Assembly (NCBI GenBank): GCA_038248345.1
Contig: JBBRXO010000022.1
Coordinates: forward strand, 1-29,191
DNA from: Armatimonadota bacterium
GTDB lineage: Bacteria > Armatimonadota > Hebobacteria > CAIYQO01
Reading direction: 5' to 3'
DNA: 29,191 nt
Both the position numbers and the translations under genes were made by a program. This document shows positions 1 to 8,868 of this stretch, piece after piece (within the stretch, counting starts at the first letter, position 1; every line of letters starts with the position of its first letter). The notes below the pieces were generated by a model, which was not told the origin of the DNA, did not search any database, and was given only the letters and a program-made list of their open reading frames with translations.

Positions 1-87
1 CCACGAAGCAGTGGGAAGCAACAGAAACAGCGCCAGGGAGACGAGTAGAAGCTGTGTCAATAAGCAGCCTTTCAGTGAATTACTCAT
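1..87 (-). CDS. 5' end of a secreted/membrane protein (runs off the window); signal peptide MSNSLKGCLLTQLLLVSLALFLLLPTASW...
   Basis: Not in ORF track. ATG at 87-85 preceded by AAAAGGATGG SD-like sequence; open to the window edge; basic then hydrophobic N-terminus; sigma70-like promoter upstream. Confidence 0.75.
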   Translation of the reverse strand, partial: MSNSLKGCLLTQLLLVSLALFLLLPTASW

Positions 88-199
88 ACTTGTCCATCCT
101 TTTTAGCTCAAGATAGGTCAATGGTAATACACAGGTGGGACGCAGAGAATACCGTGTTTATGGCAATCTCCATGTGGTCTAAGCACCACTTGCACAATT

Positions 200-228
200 A
201 GCATACCGAAAATAAACCGCATCGTCAA
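200..228 (-). promoter_or_regulatory. sigma70-type promoter for the edge gene
   Basis: TTGACG-17 nt-TATGCT on the minus strand. Confidence 0.65.
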
Positions 229-391
229 GGTATTTTTTGTTGTGTATTTACGACAAACAGCAGAAAACTAAAAATTATTATTTTGAGTTTTAGTGATGTG
301 CAGGGCATGTAACATCTACCCTCCGTGCCCCCTGTGTTTAATAATTAACATATTAGCCAACAAACACAGCGTACCGTTGTCACCGATATTA

Positions 392-2329
392 TTACTCAGC
401 GCTCGCCACCCACGCCCGCAGCACCTCTGCCACGCTCCAGGCCTGGCTGATGGTACCGCACGGAGAGTGGGGGGCGTCTCCCGTGAATATCTCGCTCACC
501 GTCCCCAGCCCCGCCTCATGCACATGCGCCAGCAGTGGCTGCAGCATCGCGCGTACTTCCGCTTTTGCTGCTGCGGTGTTGCCGTTTACCCGCAGATAGG
601 CATCAAGGTAATGCCCGATTAGCCAGGCCCACACTGTACCCTGATGGTAGGCGCTGTCGCGCTGGCCAGAGTTGCCGCCGTAGTTGCCACAGTATTCGGG
701 GTCATGCGGGGAGAGGGTACGCAGGCCCAGTGGTGTGTACAGATCACGTTCCACCACCTGCACCACCGCGCGGGCTTGTTCCTCATTCAGTGGGGAGTGG
801 GGCAGGCTGACAGCAAATATCTGGTTTGGCCGCAAGCGAGCGTCCGATGGGGTGCCAACCACATCATAGAGATGTTGTCCCTCCGCATACCAGAATTTCG
901 CGAAACTATCTTTGACTTTAGCAGCGAGTGCCGCGTAATCACCCTCCCACTCTTCTTGCGCTGCCCAGCCCGCCATGCAGCAGAGGGCGTTGTACCACAG
1001 AGCATTGATCTCTACTGGTTTCCCATAGCGCGGGGTGATGACCTTTTCGCCCACCTTTGCATCCATCCAGGTCAGTTGCCACCCTTCACTCCCGGCGATT
1101 ATTAACGCGTCATTGTCCATGCGGATGCCGTAATCGGTGCCCGTGCGGTAGCTACTGATGATCTCCTCTAACGCAGGACGTAGATCCTGTAGCAATGCGT
1201 GGTCACCGGTAGCGCGCAGGTATTTATCTACCGCAAAGAAGAACCACAGGGAGGCATCCACGGTGTTGTAACATTCACCGCCATCTTCGGTGAACAGGTT
1301 CGGTAACAGACCATTCTTCCGTGCTACCGCAAAAGTACGCAGTATCTCCGCCGCTTCCGCGTAGCGTCCGGTGGTGATACACAGTCCCGGCAGCGCGATC
1401 ATCGTATCGCGCCCCCAATCACCGAACCAGTGGTACCCGGCGATAACGGTACGTCCAGCCGTGCCTCGCTTGACGAGGAAACTGTCGGCGGCACGAAAGA
1501 GGAGCTTTACCTCCATCGGCGCAGTTGCAGGTAAATTATATAGTGGCACGTTGACGGGCTTCGATTCCGTAACTGACGGTGGCGGCGTCGTCCCCAGGCG
1601 CAGATTGATTATCTCTCCAGGCGCTAAATTGACAGTAAAGCGTCCGGGGGAGAAGTGGCTATCGTGCGCTTCCAGGCCGCGGCGCATCTCCCACTGGTAG
1701 GTCATGTTCCGATACCAGGTGTAGTATTCCTCCCAGTTGCCTTTGTCAGCCGATAGCCAGAATGGCTCCTGCATCCAGGAAGGTTTAATATTAATGCGTG
1801 GATGTTCATGCCGTTTTTGGATGTTTACGGTGAAGTTGATACTATTGGGGGCAGTTTCTCCATGGAAATCACGCCCGTTCAGCAGGGTGATCAAGGACAA
1901 CACCAGTGGAACATCACCCGCATTGCGATAGCTTAATAGTGTAGTATTCTCTCCATACACCATAGATATCTGCTTCTCCAGCAACGCAGTACCGGCGGAG
2001 TAACGCATAAGGACGGTATCATCAACAATTGAAAAATGCTGAAGTAGGGAATATCCGCGCGGATATATGGCATCGGGATACTGATTAGTAGAGATCAAGT
2101 AGGTATGGCCCGCTACCGACACCTCCTCTTCTAATTTCGAGACGAGTAAGGTGCGCGAACCGGGCGGTTGCAACGCCGCCAGCAGCAGGCCGTGGTAGCG
2201 GCGGGTATTCATGCCGCAAACTGTGGAGGAGGCATATCCGCCCAGTCCATTAGTGATTATCCATTCGCGTTCACTGGCTACTTCCCATGATATTGGCCCA
2301 TCAAGGGTTAACGAAGCTGTTGAATCCAT
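392..2329 (-). CDS. Glycogen debranching enzyme / amylo-alpha-1,6-glucosidase (N-terminal GDE domain plus (alpha/alpha)6 catalytic domain)
   Basis: Motifs REWIITNGLGGYAS, TRRYHGLL, IAGYHWFGDWGRDTMI, TWMDAK, RPNQ, AYHQGTVWAWL, QAWSVAE. Start moved to ATG 2329 (or 2332) after GAGGAGG SD. Confidence 0.93.
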   Translation of the reverse strand: MDSTASLTLDGPISWEVASEREWIITNGLGGYASSTVCGMNTRRYHGLLLAALQPPGSRTLLVSKLEEEVSVAGHTYLISTNQYPDAIYPRGYSLLQHFSIVDDTVLMRYSAGTALLEKQISMVYGENTTLLSYRNAGDVPLVLSLITLLNGRDFHGETAPNSINFTVNIQKRHEHPRINIKPSWMQEPFWLSADKGNWEEYYTWYRNMTYQWEMRRGLEAHDSHFSPGRFTVNLAPGEIINLRLGTTPPPSVTESKPVNVPLYNLPATAPMEVKLLFRAADSFLVKRGTAGRTVIAGYHWFGDWGRDTMIALPGLCITTGRYAEAAEILRTFAVARKNGLLPNLFTEDGGECYNTVDASLWFFFAVDKYLRATGDHALLQDLRPALEEIISSYRTGTDYGIRMDNDALIIAGSEGWQLTWMDAKVGEKVITPRYGKPVEINALWYNALCCMAGWAAQEEWEGDYAALAAKVKDSFAKFWYAEGQHLYDVVGTPSDARLRPNQIFAVSLPHSPLNEEQARAVVQVVERDLYTPLGLRTLSPHDPEYCGNYGGNSGQRDSAYHQGTVWAWLIGHYLDAYLRVNGNTAAAKAEVRAMLQPLLAHVHEAGLGTVSEIFTGDAPHSPCGTISQAWSVAEVLRAWVASAE

Positions 2330-2399
2330 CATTGCCTCCTCATTAATTATAATCACTCCACCCTCGGCAGGGAAGAGGGTGGGGGATAAATAGTGCGAA

Positions 2400-3200
2400 C
2401 TATCCCACGATGTCTTCGCCGCCGTCGACGCGTATTACATCGCCGGTGAGCCAGGCAGTAGCGGGAACGGCCAGGGTGACAATTACTTTGGCGATATCTT
2501 CCGGGGTAGTCAGCCGTCCATAGGGGTTACTCGCAATAATTCTGGCGATCATGTTTGGGTGGTCAGGTATCTTGCGCAACGCCGGGGTATCCGTTACCCC
2601 CGCCTGGATGGCATTGGCAGTTATGCCCAGTGGCGCGAGCTCAATGGCCAACTGGTGAATATTCGTCTCCAGTGCCGCTTTCGCCATGCTGATAGCCCCG
2701 TATTGTTGGATAACGCGGTGGGTACCGGAGCTGGTCATGGCATAGATACGCCCGCCCGCGGTCATCAGTCCGCTACTGATCAGATCCTGCGTCCAGTAGA
2801 CCAGGCTGTTGGACATCACTTCCATGGTCATCTGGAAGTTCGCCGGGGTAATTGCTCCCTCGCCACGGTCGATGAAGGGGCGTATTGCCCCGAAGGCGAG
2901 CGAATGAAGCATTGCTACCAAGCGGCCATCTTCGCCGCGTTCATGCAGCAAGGATACCGTCTCAGCAATGATATGCTGGCGTTTTTCGGCGTCCGCAGCA
3001 TTTGCGTTATGGAATACTGCCTCTACCCCCTCGGCGCGAATGTCACTGATGACTTCTGCTACTGCCGCCATTGTACCACGGCGATCCAAGTGTACGCCGA
3101 TGATATTCCATCCTGCTCGTGCGAATTCACGTGCTGTTGCCGCTCCCATACCGCTGGACGCGCCCAATATTAGTGCCCATTTACCTTGATTATCTGCCAT
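2400..3200 (-). CDS. SDR-family oxidoreductase, FabL/FabI-like enoyl-ACP reductase
   Basis: GASSGMG Rossmann motif, YX6K catalytic motif (YGAISMAK), TDTPALRKIP, C-terminal IRVDGG. Start set to ATG 3200 after AAGGAG SD. Confidence 0.8.
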   Translation of the reverse strand: MADNQGKWALILGASSGMGAATAREFARAGWNIIGVHLDRRGTMAAVAEVISDIRAEGVEAVFHNANAADAEKRQHIIAETVSLLHERGEDGRLVAMLHSLAFGAIRPFIDRGEGAITPANFQMTMEVMSNSLVYWTQDLISSGLMTAGGRIYAMTSSGTHRVIQQYGAISMAKAALETNIHQLAIELAPLGITANAIQAGVTDTPALRKIPDHPNMIARIIASNPYGRLTTPEDIAKVIVTLAVPATAWLTGDVIRVDGGEDIVG

Positions 3201-3248
3201 AGTTGTTAGCTGACTCCTTCTAAAGATCATCCTTACTATTCACTGTTT

Positions 3249-4166
3249 TCAAACTAGCTCTTTACCGGTCAGCCGGTGAAATGCTTCCAGATACTTGGCC
3301 TCGGTACCAGCCACTACTTCATCGGGTAACATCGGCGCGGGCGGCTCTTTGTTCCAGTTGATGCTCTCCAGATAATCACGCACATACTGCTTATCGTAGC
3401 TATCCTGCGATTGTCCGGGGGCATAGCTCTCCATATCCCAGAAGCGCGAAGAGTCAGGGGTGAGAACCTCATCGGCCAGAATCACATTGTTACCCTCATC
3501 CAACCCGAATTCAAATTTGGTGTCGGCAATGATGACTCCACGCATTCTTGCATAGTCAGCTGCTGCCGTGTAGAGTTCGACGCTTTGCTCTTCCAGTATG
3601 TGAATAACACGCGATCCAACGATTTTTTCTGCTTCGGCGATGCTGATGTTTTCATCATGCCCGGTCTCCGCTTTGGTGCTGGGGGTGAAGATCGGTTGCG
3701 GTAGCTTGTCGCTTTCGCGCAGACCCTGGGGCAGTTTGTGCCCGCAAATAGCGCCTGTCTGCTGGTATTCTTTCCAGCCTGATCCGGCCAGGTATCCGCG
3801 CACAATACATTCAATGGGGACGATATTCAATTTCCGCACCAGCATGGAACGTCCTTCCAGTTGCTCACGAAATGGGCGTAGTTGTAATGGGTAGCCGCTG
3901 GCATTGGCATTTATCAGATGCGTGCGTACAGAATGCGTGCGTACCAGGTCCTGCAGACGTTGGAACCAGAACAGCGATAATTGCGTGAGCATTTTACCCT
4001 TGTTCGGAATACCATTGGGCATGACAGAGTCAAATGCCGAGATACGATCTGTGGCGACGATAAGCAAACGCTGATCGTCAATCTCATAGACATCGCGCAC
4101 CTTACCGCGACTCAGCAACGAAATGCCGGGTAGATCACTGCGCAACAACACGTTAGGTGTAGACAT
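3249..4166 (-). CDS. purC: SAICAR synthetase
   Basis: RGKVRDVY, TDRISAFD, ECIVRGYLAGSGW, IIADTKFEFG, DEVLTPDSSRFW, DKQYVRDYL. Confidence 0.97.
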   Translation of the reverse strand: MSTPNVLLRSDLPGISLLSRGKVRDVYEIDDQRLLIVATDRISAFDSVMPNGIPNKGKMLTQLSLFWFQRLQDLVRTHSVRTHLINANASGYPLQLRPFREQLEGRSMLVRKLNIVPIECIVRGYLAGSGWKEYQQTGAICGHKLPQGLRESDKLPQPIFTPSTKAETGHDENISIAEAEKIVGSRVIHILEEQSVELYTAAADYARMRGVIIADTKFEFGLDEGNNVILADEVLTPDSSRFWDMESYAPGQSQDSYDKQYVRDYLESINWNKEPPAPMLPDEVVAGTEAKYLEAFHRLTGKELV

Positions 4167-4229
4167 TTGGCTTTCCTTTCAAAATTCCATCATGCCCCTT
4201 CTTTAGAGAGAAAGGGAAGGGATTCGGTA

Positions 4230-5309
4230 TCAATATCCGATTACTTTCAGTATTTCGCCCATATCGGCTGCTACCACACTCACGGGTGACGATTGTTTTA
4301 TGGCATTGTCCGGGTCCTTCAACCCGTGCCCGGTGACTGTACAAACAATATTACCATCTTCAGTCGGGAAGTATCCTGCTTGGATCAACTTGATGAGTCC
4401 GGCAATCGGTGCAGCGCTGGCGGGTTCCACAAAGACACCTTCCATAGAGGCTAGCAACCGATAGGCCGCCAGGATATCATCGTCGGTGACCATGTCGATC
4501 AGCCCGCCGGATTCGTCGCGCGCGGCCTCCGCTTGCTTCCAGCTTGCCGGGTTGCCGATTTTGATAGCGGTAGCCACCGTGTGCGGGTCTTCAACTACAT
4601 GCCCCAGTACGATGGGTGCGGAGCCAGAGGCCTGGAAGCCCAGCATTTTCGGCGTGTGTGTCGCCACACCTTTAGCGGCGTATTCGGTGTAGCCCTTCCA
4701 GTAGGCAGTGATATTGCCGGCATTGCCCACCGGCAGGATATGATAATCAGGTGCATCACCGAGGACGTCGACGATTTCAAAGGCGGCAGTCTTCTGTCCT
4801 TCGATGCGGTAGGGATTGATGCTATTCACCAGCGTAATGGGATACTGCTCGGTGATCTCGCGCACGAAGCGCAGCGCCTCATCGAAATTTCCGTCAATTG
4901 CCAGCACTTGCGCCCCTTGGATCATCGCCTGCGCCAATTTGCCTAACGCTATGTTGCCGTTAGGAATAAGCACGATGCATTTCATTCCGGCACGGGCCGA
5001 ATAAGCCGCGGCAGAGGCGCTGGTATTGCCGGTAGAGGCGCACATCACCGCTTGTGAGCCAGCTTCCTTCGCCTTGCTGATGGCCATAGTCATGCCACGG
5101 TCTTTGAAAGAACCGGTTGGATTCAGCCCTTCATACTTAACATACAAGCGTTGCGTCAGCCCCAGATGGGTACGGATGTTGTCAATCGGTATGAGAGGAG
5201 TGTTACCCTCATGTAGTGTTACCACCGGAGTGGCGTCGGAAACAGGCAAATACTTGTGGTATTTGCGGATCAAGCCGGGCCAGCCGGCATTACAAGCAGT
5301 CAATGTCAT
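4230..5309 (-). CDS. thrC: Threonine synthase (PLP-dependent)
   Basis: [20 protein letters not shown] (PLP lysine), [25 protein letters not shown]. Start set to ATG 5309 after GGGAG SD; TGTTATAAT extended -10 lies just upstream. Confidence 0.96.
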   Translation of the reverse strand: MTLTACNAGWPGLIRKYHKYLPVSDATPVVTLHEGNTPLIPIDNIRTHLGLTQRLYVKYEGLNPTGSFKDRGMTMAISKAKEAGSQAVMCASTGNTSASAAAYSARAGMKCIVLIPNGNIALGKLAQAMIQGAQVLAIDGNFDEALRFVREITEQYPITLVNSINPYRIEGQKTAAFEIVDVLGDAPDYHILPVGNAGNITAYWKGYTEYAAKGVATHTPKMLGFQASGSAPIVLGHVVEDPHTVATAIKIGNPASWKQAEAARDESGGLIDMVTDDDILAAYRLLASMEGVFVEPASAAPIAGLIKLIQAGYFPTEDGNIVCTVTGHGLKDPDNAIKQSSPVSVVAADMGEILKVIGY

Positions 5310-5449
5310 ATGTATATCTCCCAGAATGTCTCTATTATAACAAATATCAACGAGTAGATGAAATCTGGGATGATTTGAATTTCCACCAGGGTTTCTGAAG
5401 AAGGCCGCCATTAATAGTCGTCAGTTGCGCAAATGATAAAGGAGGGTGG

Positions 5450-5525
5450 TGGTGGATCGTGCTGGATTCGAACCAGCGACCTTGGGATTAAGAGTCCCCT
5501 GCTCTACCAGCTGAGCTAACGATCC
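5450..5525 (-). tRNA. tRNA-Lys (anticodon CUU)
   Basis: 76-nt cloverleaf: acceptor GGATCGT/ACGATCC, D arm GCTC-AGCTGGTA-GAGC, anticodon loop CT-CTT-AA, T loop TTCGAAT, encoded CCA. Confidence 0.97.
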
Positions 5526-5534
5526 ACGCATAAA

Positions 5535-5564
5535 ATTATAGTAGAAATGGCGCTTGAGTGTCAA
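5535..5564 (-). promoter_or_regulatory. Consensus sigma70 promoter of tRNA-Lys
   Basis: Exact TTGACA-18 nt-TATAAT, 9 nt before the mature tRNA 5' end. Confidence 0.85.
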
Positions 5565-5583
5565 TAGCTCCTCTTGCTGATCA

Positions 5584-5631
5584 AATAAAGAACGCTCCCC
5601 GGCGGATATTCGCCGAGGAGCGTTCTTTATT
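5584..5631 (-). terminator. Intrinsic terminator after serA
   Basis: AATAAAGAACGCTCCCCGGCG-GATATT-CGCCGAGGAGCGTTCTTTATT inverted repeat with A/T-rich flanks. Confidence 0.85.
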
Positions 5632-5648
5632 CCCAATTACCTGCGATC

Positions 5649-7274
5649 CTATAGCTCAACCAGCAGCGTCATCCCCATACCTTCGATGCCGCGTAGTTTC
5701 TCCAGCACTTTGTCGCCTGGTAATTCATCAACGGCTAGCACCATGACGGCTTTGCCGCGGGCTTTGGCCCGGCCTACTTGCATGAAGCCAATGTTGATGT
5801 CGTGCGCGCCGAGGATCTGCCCAACGTTACCGATGATTCCCGGCCTGTCGGTATGGTAGGCGATGATGAATGCGCCCTGTGGCTCCATCTCTACCCAGTA
5901 ATCATCCACACGCATGATACGCGGGCAATCTGGGCCAAAGATGGTACCGGCGATGCGGTGGAAGCCGCCCTCGGTTTTTACGGTTACCGAGATGAAGCTG
6001 GCGAACCCGCTGGTATTTTTAGTGCTGGTGACGACCTTGATGTCCAATCCACGTTGCTCGGCTACCAGTAGTGCATTAACGGAGTTAACGGCACGCCCCA
6101 GGATGGGGGAGAACAGCCCCTGCAACAGCGCCGGGATCAGCGGGTCGGTGTTTTCGTCGCAGATGTCGCCGCTGTAGTCTACTTCCACAGAAAGAATGGC
6201 ACCGTCAAGCATCTGTCCGTGGAACTTGCCCATCTTCTCCATCAGGTTCATGTACGGGCGCAGGTTGGCCAGGACTTCGGCAGAGAGCGCGGGCATATTC
6301 ACTGCGCTGCGTGCCGGGATGCCGTGCAGGTAGTCATGAATCTGTTCGGCCACGTCAACGGCCACTTTCATCTGTGCTTCATCGGTGGAGGCTCCCAAGT
6401 GCGGGGTGAGCAACAGATTGGCGCATCCGGCCATGGCGGCTACTAGAAGTGGGTTTTCAACCGCAGGCGGTTCTGTGGTAAATACGTCGACTGCCGCTCC
6501 GGCGATCACACCATTGATCACCGCGTCAGCCAGTGCCTGTTCATTCACCACACCGCCACGAGCGCAATTGATCAATCGGGCAGTCGGTTTCATCATCGCC
6601 AACCGCTCGGAGTTGAGCATGTCGGCGGTATCTTTGTTTTTTGGTACGTGAATGGTGACAAAATCGGCCTGTTTCAGCACATCTTCCAACGGAAGCAGGT
6701 TGATGCCCAGTCGGGCTGCATCATCCTTTTTGGCGAAGGGATCGAAGGCGATCACTTCCATCTCAAATCCCTGACCGCGGCGGGCTACGGCGGTGCCAAT
6801 CTTACCCAGCCCGATGACGCCTAACGTCTTGCCATACAGTTCCGTACCGGTGAATTTTTTACGATCCCACTTGCCTGCTTGCATAGAGGAGTCAGCTGCT
6901 CCTACTTTACGTGCTAAAGCCAGCAGCAGTGCCCAAGTATGCTCGGTGGCGGCCATTGTGTTGCCTTCCGGGCTGTTCAGTACTACCACGCCTTTACGGG
7001 TAGCGGCGGGAACATCCACATTATCGACACCTACACCAGCACGACCTATCACTTTCAGCTTGTCAGCCTTCTCCAGTATCTCGGCAGTGACCTTCGTCTG
7101 ACTACGGATAACCAGGCCATCAAACTCGCCGATAGCTTCAGCTAGTTCTTCGGGGGAGAAGTCAGTCTTGATGACGACTTCGATAGTGGGGTCATCCAAC
7201 AGGGCGCGCAACCCATCGCTGGATACCGGGTCACTCACGAGTACCCGGAATTTCTCGTTAACGTTGGCAGTCAT
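5649..7274 (-). CDS. serA: D-3-phosphoglycerate dehydrogenase (long form with ASB and ACT domains)
   Basis: GRAGVGVDNVD, GLGKIG, INCARGG, TPHLGAST, C-terminal ACT domain DRPGIIGNVG; AAGGAG SD. Confidence 0.96.
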   Translation of the reverse strand: MTANVNEKFRVLVSDPVSSDGLRALLDDPTIEVVIKTDFSPEELAEAIGEFDGLVIRSQTKVTAEILEKADKLKVIGRAGVGVDNVDVPAATRKGVVVLNSPEGNTMAATEHTWALLLALARKVGAADSSMQAGKWDRKKFTGTELYGKTLGVIGLGKIGTAVARRGQGFEMEVIAFDPFAKKDDAARLGINLLPLEDVLKQADFVTIHVPKNKDTADMLNSERLAMMKPTARLINCARGGVVNEQALADAVINGVIAGAAVDVFTTEPPAVENPLLVAAMAGCANLLLTPHLGASTDEAQMKVAVDVAEQIHDYLHGIPARSAVNMPALSAEVLANLRPYMNLMEKMGKFHGQMLDGAILSVEVDYSGDICDENTDPLIPALLQGLFSPILGRAVNSVNALLVAEQRGLDIKVVTSTKNTSGFASFISVTVKTEGGFHRIAGTIFGPDCPRIMRVDDYWVEMEPQGAFIIAYHTDRPGIIGNVGQILGAHDINIGFMQVGRAKARGKAVMVLAVDELPGDKVLEKLRGIEGMGMTLLVEL

Positions 7275-7396
7275 GTTTCGCTCCTTTATAAGGGACTGCT
7301 ATATGCCCTGCCGCACTTCAGGAATCCCTGCGCAGGCAATTCGGTCAAGGGACGCACCGCTGACCTTATAGGGCACCAAACGATTTTGGTACAGAC

Positions 7397-7425
7397 ATTA
7401 TAACAAATAAAGTGGCATGTTCCAA
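7397..7425 (-). promoter_or_regulatory. sigma70-type promoter for serA
   Basis: TTGGAA-17 nt-TATAAT with TG extended -10, leaving a ~115-nt 5' UTR. Confidence 0.65.
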
Positions 7426-7476
7426 GTTCTATCAACTATTAATGTTGTAGTTGCTCGACATTTGCCCCGGAAATAA

Positions 7477-7506
7477 TTGACATAACACCATCCTAACAGG
7501 CATAAT
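7477..7506 (+). promoter_or_regulatory. sigma70-type promoter for the aminotransferase
   Basis: TTGACA-18 nt-CATAAT. Confidence 0.65.
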
Positions 7507-7579
7507 TACAAATAATAATTATCCGGTGACCAAGCGGATATGCTGGTCACGGCAATACTTTCCTTGAAGGAGATGCACC

Positions 7580-8743
7580 ATGAAGGAAAAACAGTTACTG
7601 ATGATCCCGGGACCTACCCCTTGCCCGGCTGATGTGTTACTGGCACATGCGCGCCCGATGATTAATCATCGCGGTCCGCAATTTAAGGCCATGCTGCTGG
7701 AAGTAACGGCGAACCTGAAGAAGGTTTTTCGTACCGAGAATGATGTTTTCATTCTCACCTCTTCCGGCACGGGAGCCATGGAAGCCGCCATCGTCAACAC
7801 ACTCTCCCCCGGTGACAAGGTGCTCTGCTTGAGCATCGGCAACTTTGGCAACCGCTTCGCGAAGATCGCCCGCACTTTCGGCGCGGACGTCGAGAAGATG
7901 GACTTCGCCCTGGGTACAGCCGTTGATGTCTCCCAGCTCCGCGCCCGCTTACAGGCGGACACTGCGAAGGAGTTTAAGGCTGTACTGGTTCAGTTCAATG
8001 AGACCTCCACTGGCGTAGTGAACCCCATCCCGGAGATCGCTGCTGCCGTGCATGAGCACGGTGCCCTGATCATCGTGGATGCTGTCTCCGGCCTGGGTGC
8101 CATTGATCTGGATACAGATGGGCTGAAACTGGATGTAGTATGCGCAGGCTCACAGAAAGCCTTCATGTGCCCTCCTGGCCTAGCCTTCATTTCTTTCAGC
8201 AAACGCGCCCTCGAGGCCGCTGCTAATGCGAAAATGCCACGCTTCTACTTTGATATCCTGGAAGCGAAAAAGCTGGCCGACAACGGGCAGACCCCATGGA
8301 CCCCGGCTATCCCACAATTTTATGGGATGCAGGTGGGCTTAAAGATGATGATGGAAGAGGGGATGGATAACTTCCGGGGCCGCCATCTACGCTTGCGCAA
8401 TGCAACTCGCGCAGCTGTGAAGGCATTGGGGCTAAAGTTGCTGGTAGATGATGATGCTATAGCTTCAACAGTTATCACCGCTATCTATGCTCCAGAAGCC
8501 ATTGGCCCGGATCCCATCCGTAAGCTGGCGTTGGAGAAATACGGCGTAGTCTACGCCGTCGGTCAGGATGCCTTGAAGCCGATAGTATTCCGTATCGGCC
8601 ACCTCGGATACGTCAATGAGTCGGACGTCTTCGCTGCTTTAAGCGTTCTTGGCAGCGTATTGGTAGAGTTGGGCTTCGATTGCGACCCCGCTGCTGGCGT
8701 TGTAGCCGCTCAACAGAGCATCACCGCCGCGTTAGCGAAATAG
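7580..8743 (+). CDS. Class V PLP aminotransferase (alanine-glyoxylate/serine-pyruvate family); possible SerC substitute
   Basis: MIPGPT, SSGTGAMEAA, NETSTG, VDAVS, GSQKA (PLP lysine), FRIGHLG; GAAGGAG SD. Confidence 0.9.
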   Translation: MKEKQLLMIPGPTPCPADVLLAHARPMINHRGPQFKAMLLEVTANLKKVFRTENDVFILTSSGTGAMEAAIVNTLSPGDKVLCLSIGNFGNRFAKIARTFGADVEKMDFALGTAVDVSQLRARLQADTAKEFKAVLVQFNETSTGVVNPIPEIAAAVHEHGALIIVDAVSGLGAIDLDTDGLKLDVVCAGSQKAFMCPPGLAFISFSKRALEAAANAKMPRFYFDILEAKKLADNGQTPWTPAIPQFYGMQVGLKMMMEEGMDNFRGRHLRLRNATRAAVKALGLKLLVDDDAIASTVITAIYAPEAIGPDPIRKLALEKYGVVYAVGQDALKPIVFRIGHLGYVNESDVFAALSVLGSVLVELGFDCDPAAGVVAAQQSITAALAK

Positions 8744-8750
8744 TCCAAAG

Positions 8751-8797
8751 AAAATCCCTCGGCGATCTCTACAGATGAGGTCGCCGAGGGATTTTTT
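8751..8797 (+). terminator. Intrinsic, probably bidirectional, terminator
   Basis: AAAATCCCTCGGCGATCTC...GAGGTCGCCGAGGGATTTTTT between convergent genes. Confidence 0.85.
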
Positions 8798-8798
8798 C

Positions 8799-8868
8799 GT
8801 ACCATGGGCGTCCCCGCCCATGAGATTGGCTATTCAATAGCAGTTCATGGGCGAGACGCCCATGCTAC
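8799..8868. repeat. REP doublet (REPIN/BIME-like), GTAG family
   Basis: Left unit GTACCATGGGCGTCCCCGCCCATG; right unit (minus strand) GTAGCATGGGCGTCTCGCCCATG. Each is a tetranucleotide foot plus an imperfect palindrome, in inverted orientation. Confidence 0.7.

Noticed and set aside
121..190. Plus-strand GTGGGACGCAGAG...GGTCTAAG resembling a c-di-GMP-I riboswitch
   Set aside because: Lacks the GGCAAAC/GNRA-capped P2 and a proper P3, and no plus-strand gene lies downstream.
5307..5321. thrC RBS GGAGATATACATATG identical to the T7 gene 10/pET RBS-NdeI sequence
   Set aside because: Only 15 nt match; no T7 promoter, lac operator or other vector sequence; context is native. Coincidence.
5310..5411. 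ORF-track N-terminal extension of thrC (similar extensions on the debranching enzyme, SDR, mutM, lepA, scpB and PQQ protein)
   Set aside because: Extensions run through promoter or intergenic sequence; SD position or family N-termini indicate downstream starts.
5445..5452. CCACCACC at the tRNA-Lys 3' end, suggesting a CCACCA tag or att-site remnant
   Set aside because: No integrase and no duplicated tRNA 3' fragment seen in the window; the trailer would be trimmed normally.
5421..5636. 71-aa minus ORF (and the 70-aa ORF at 20515-20727)
   Set aside because: Both are translations across tRNA genes and their promoter/terminator elements.
7299..7376. Possible 25-aa leader peptide (VPYKVSGASLDRIACAGIPEVRQGI) upstream of serA
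   Set aside because: No SD, no run of Ser/Gly control codons, no attenuator U-tract.
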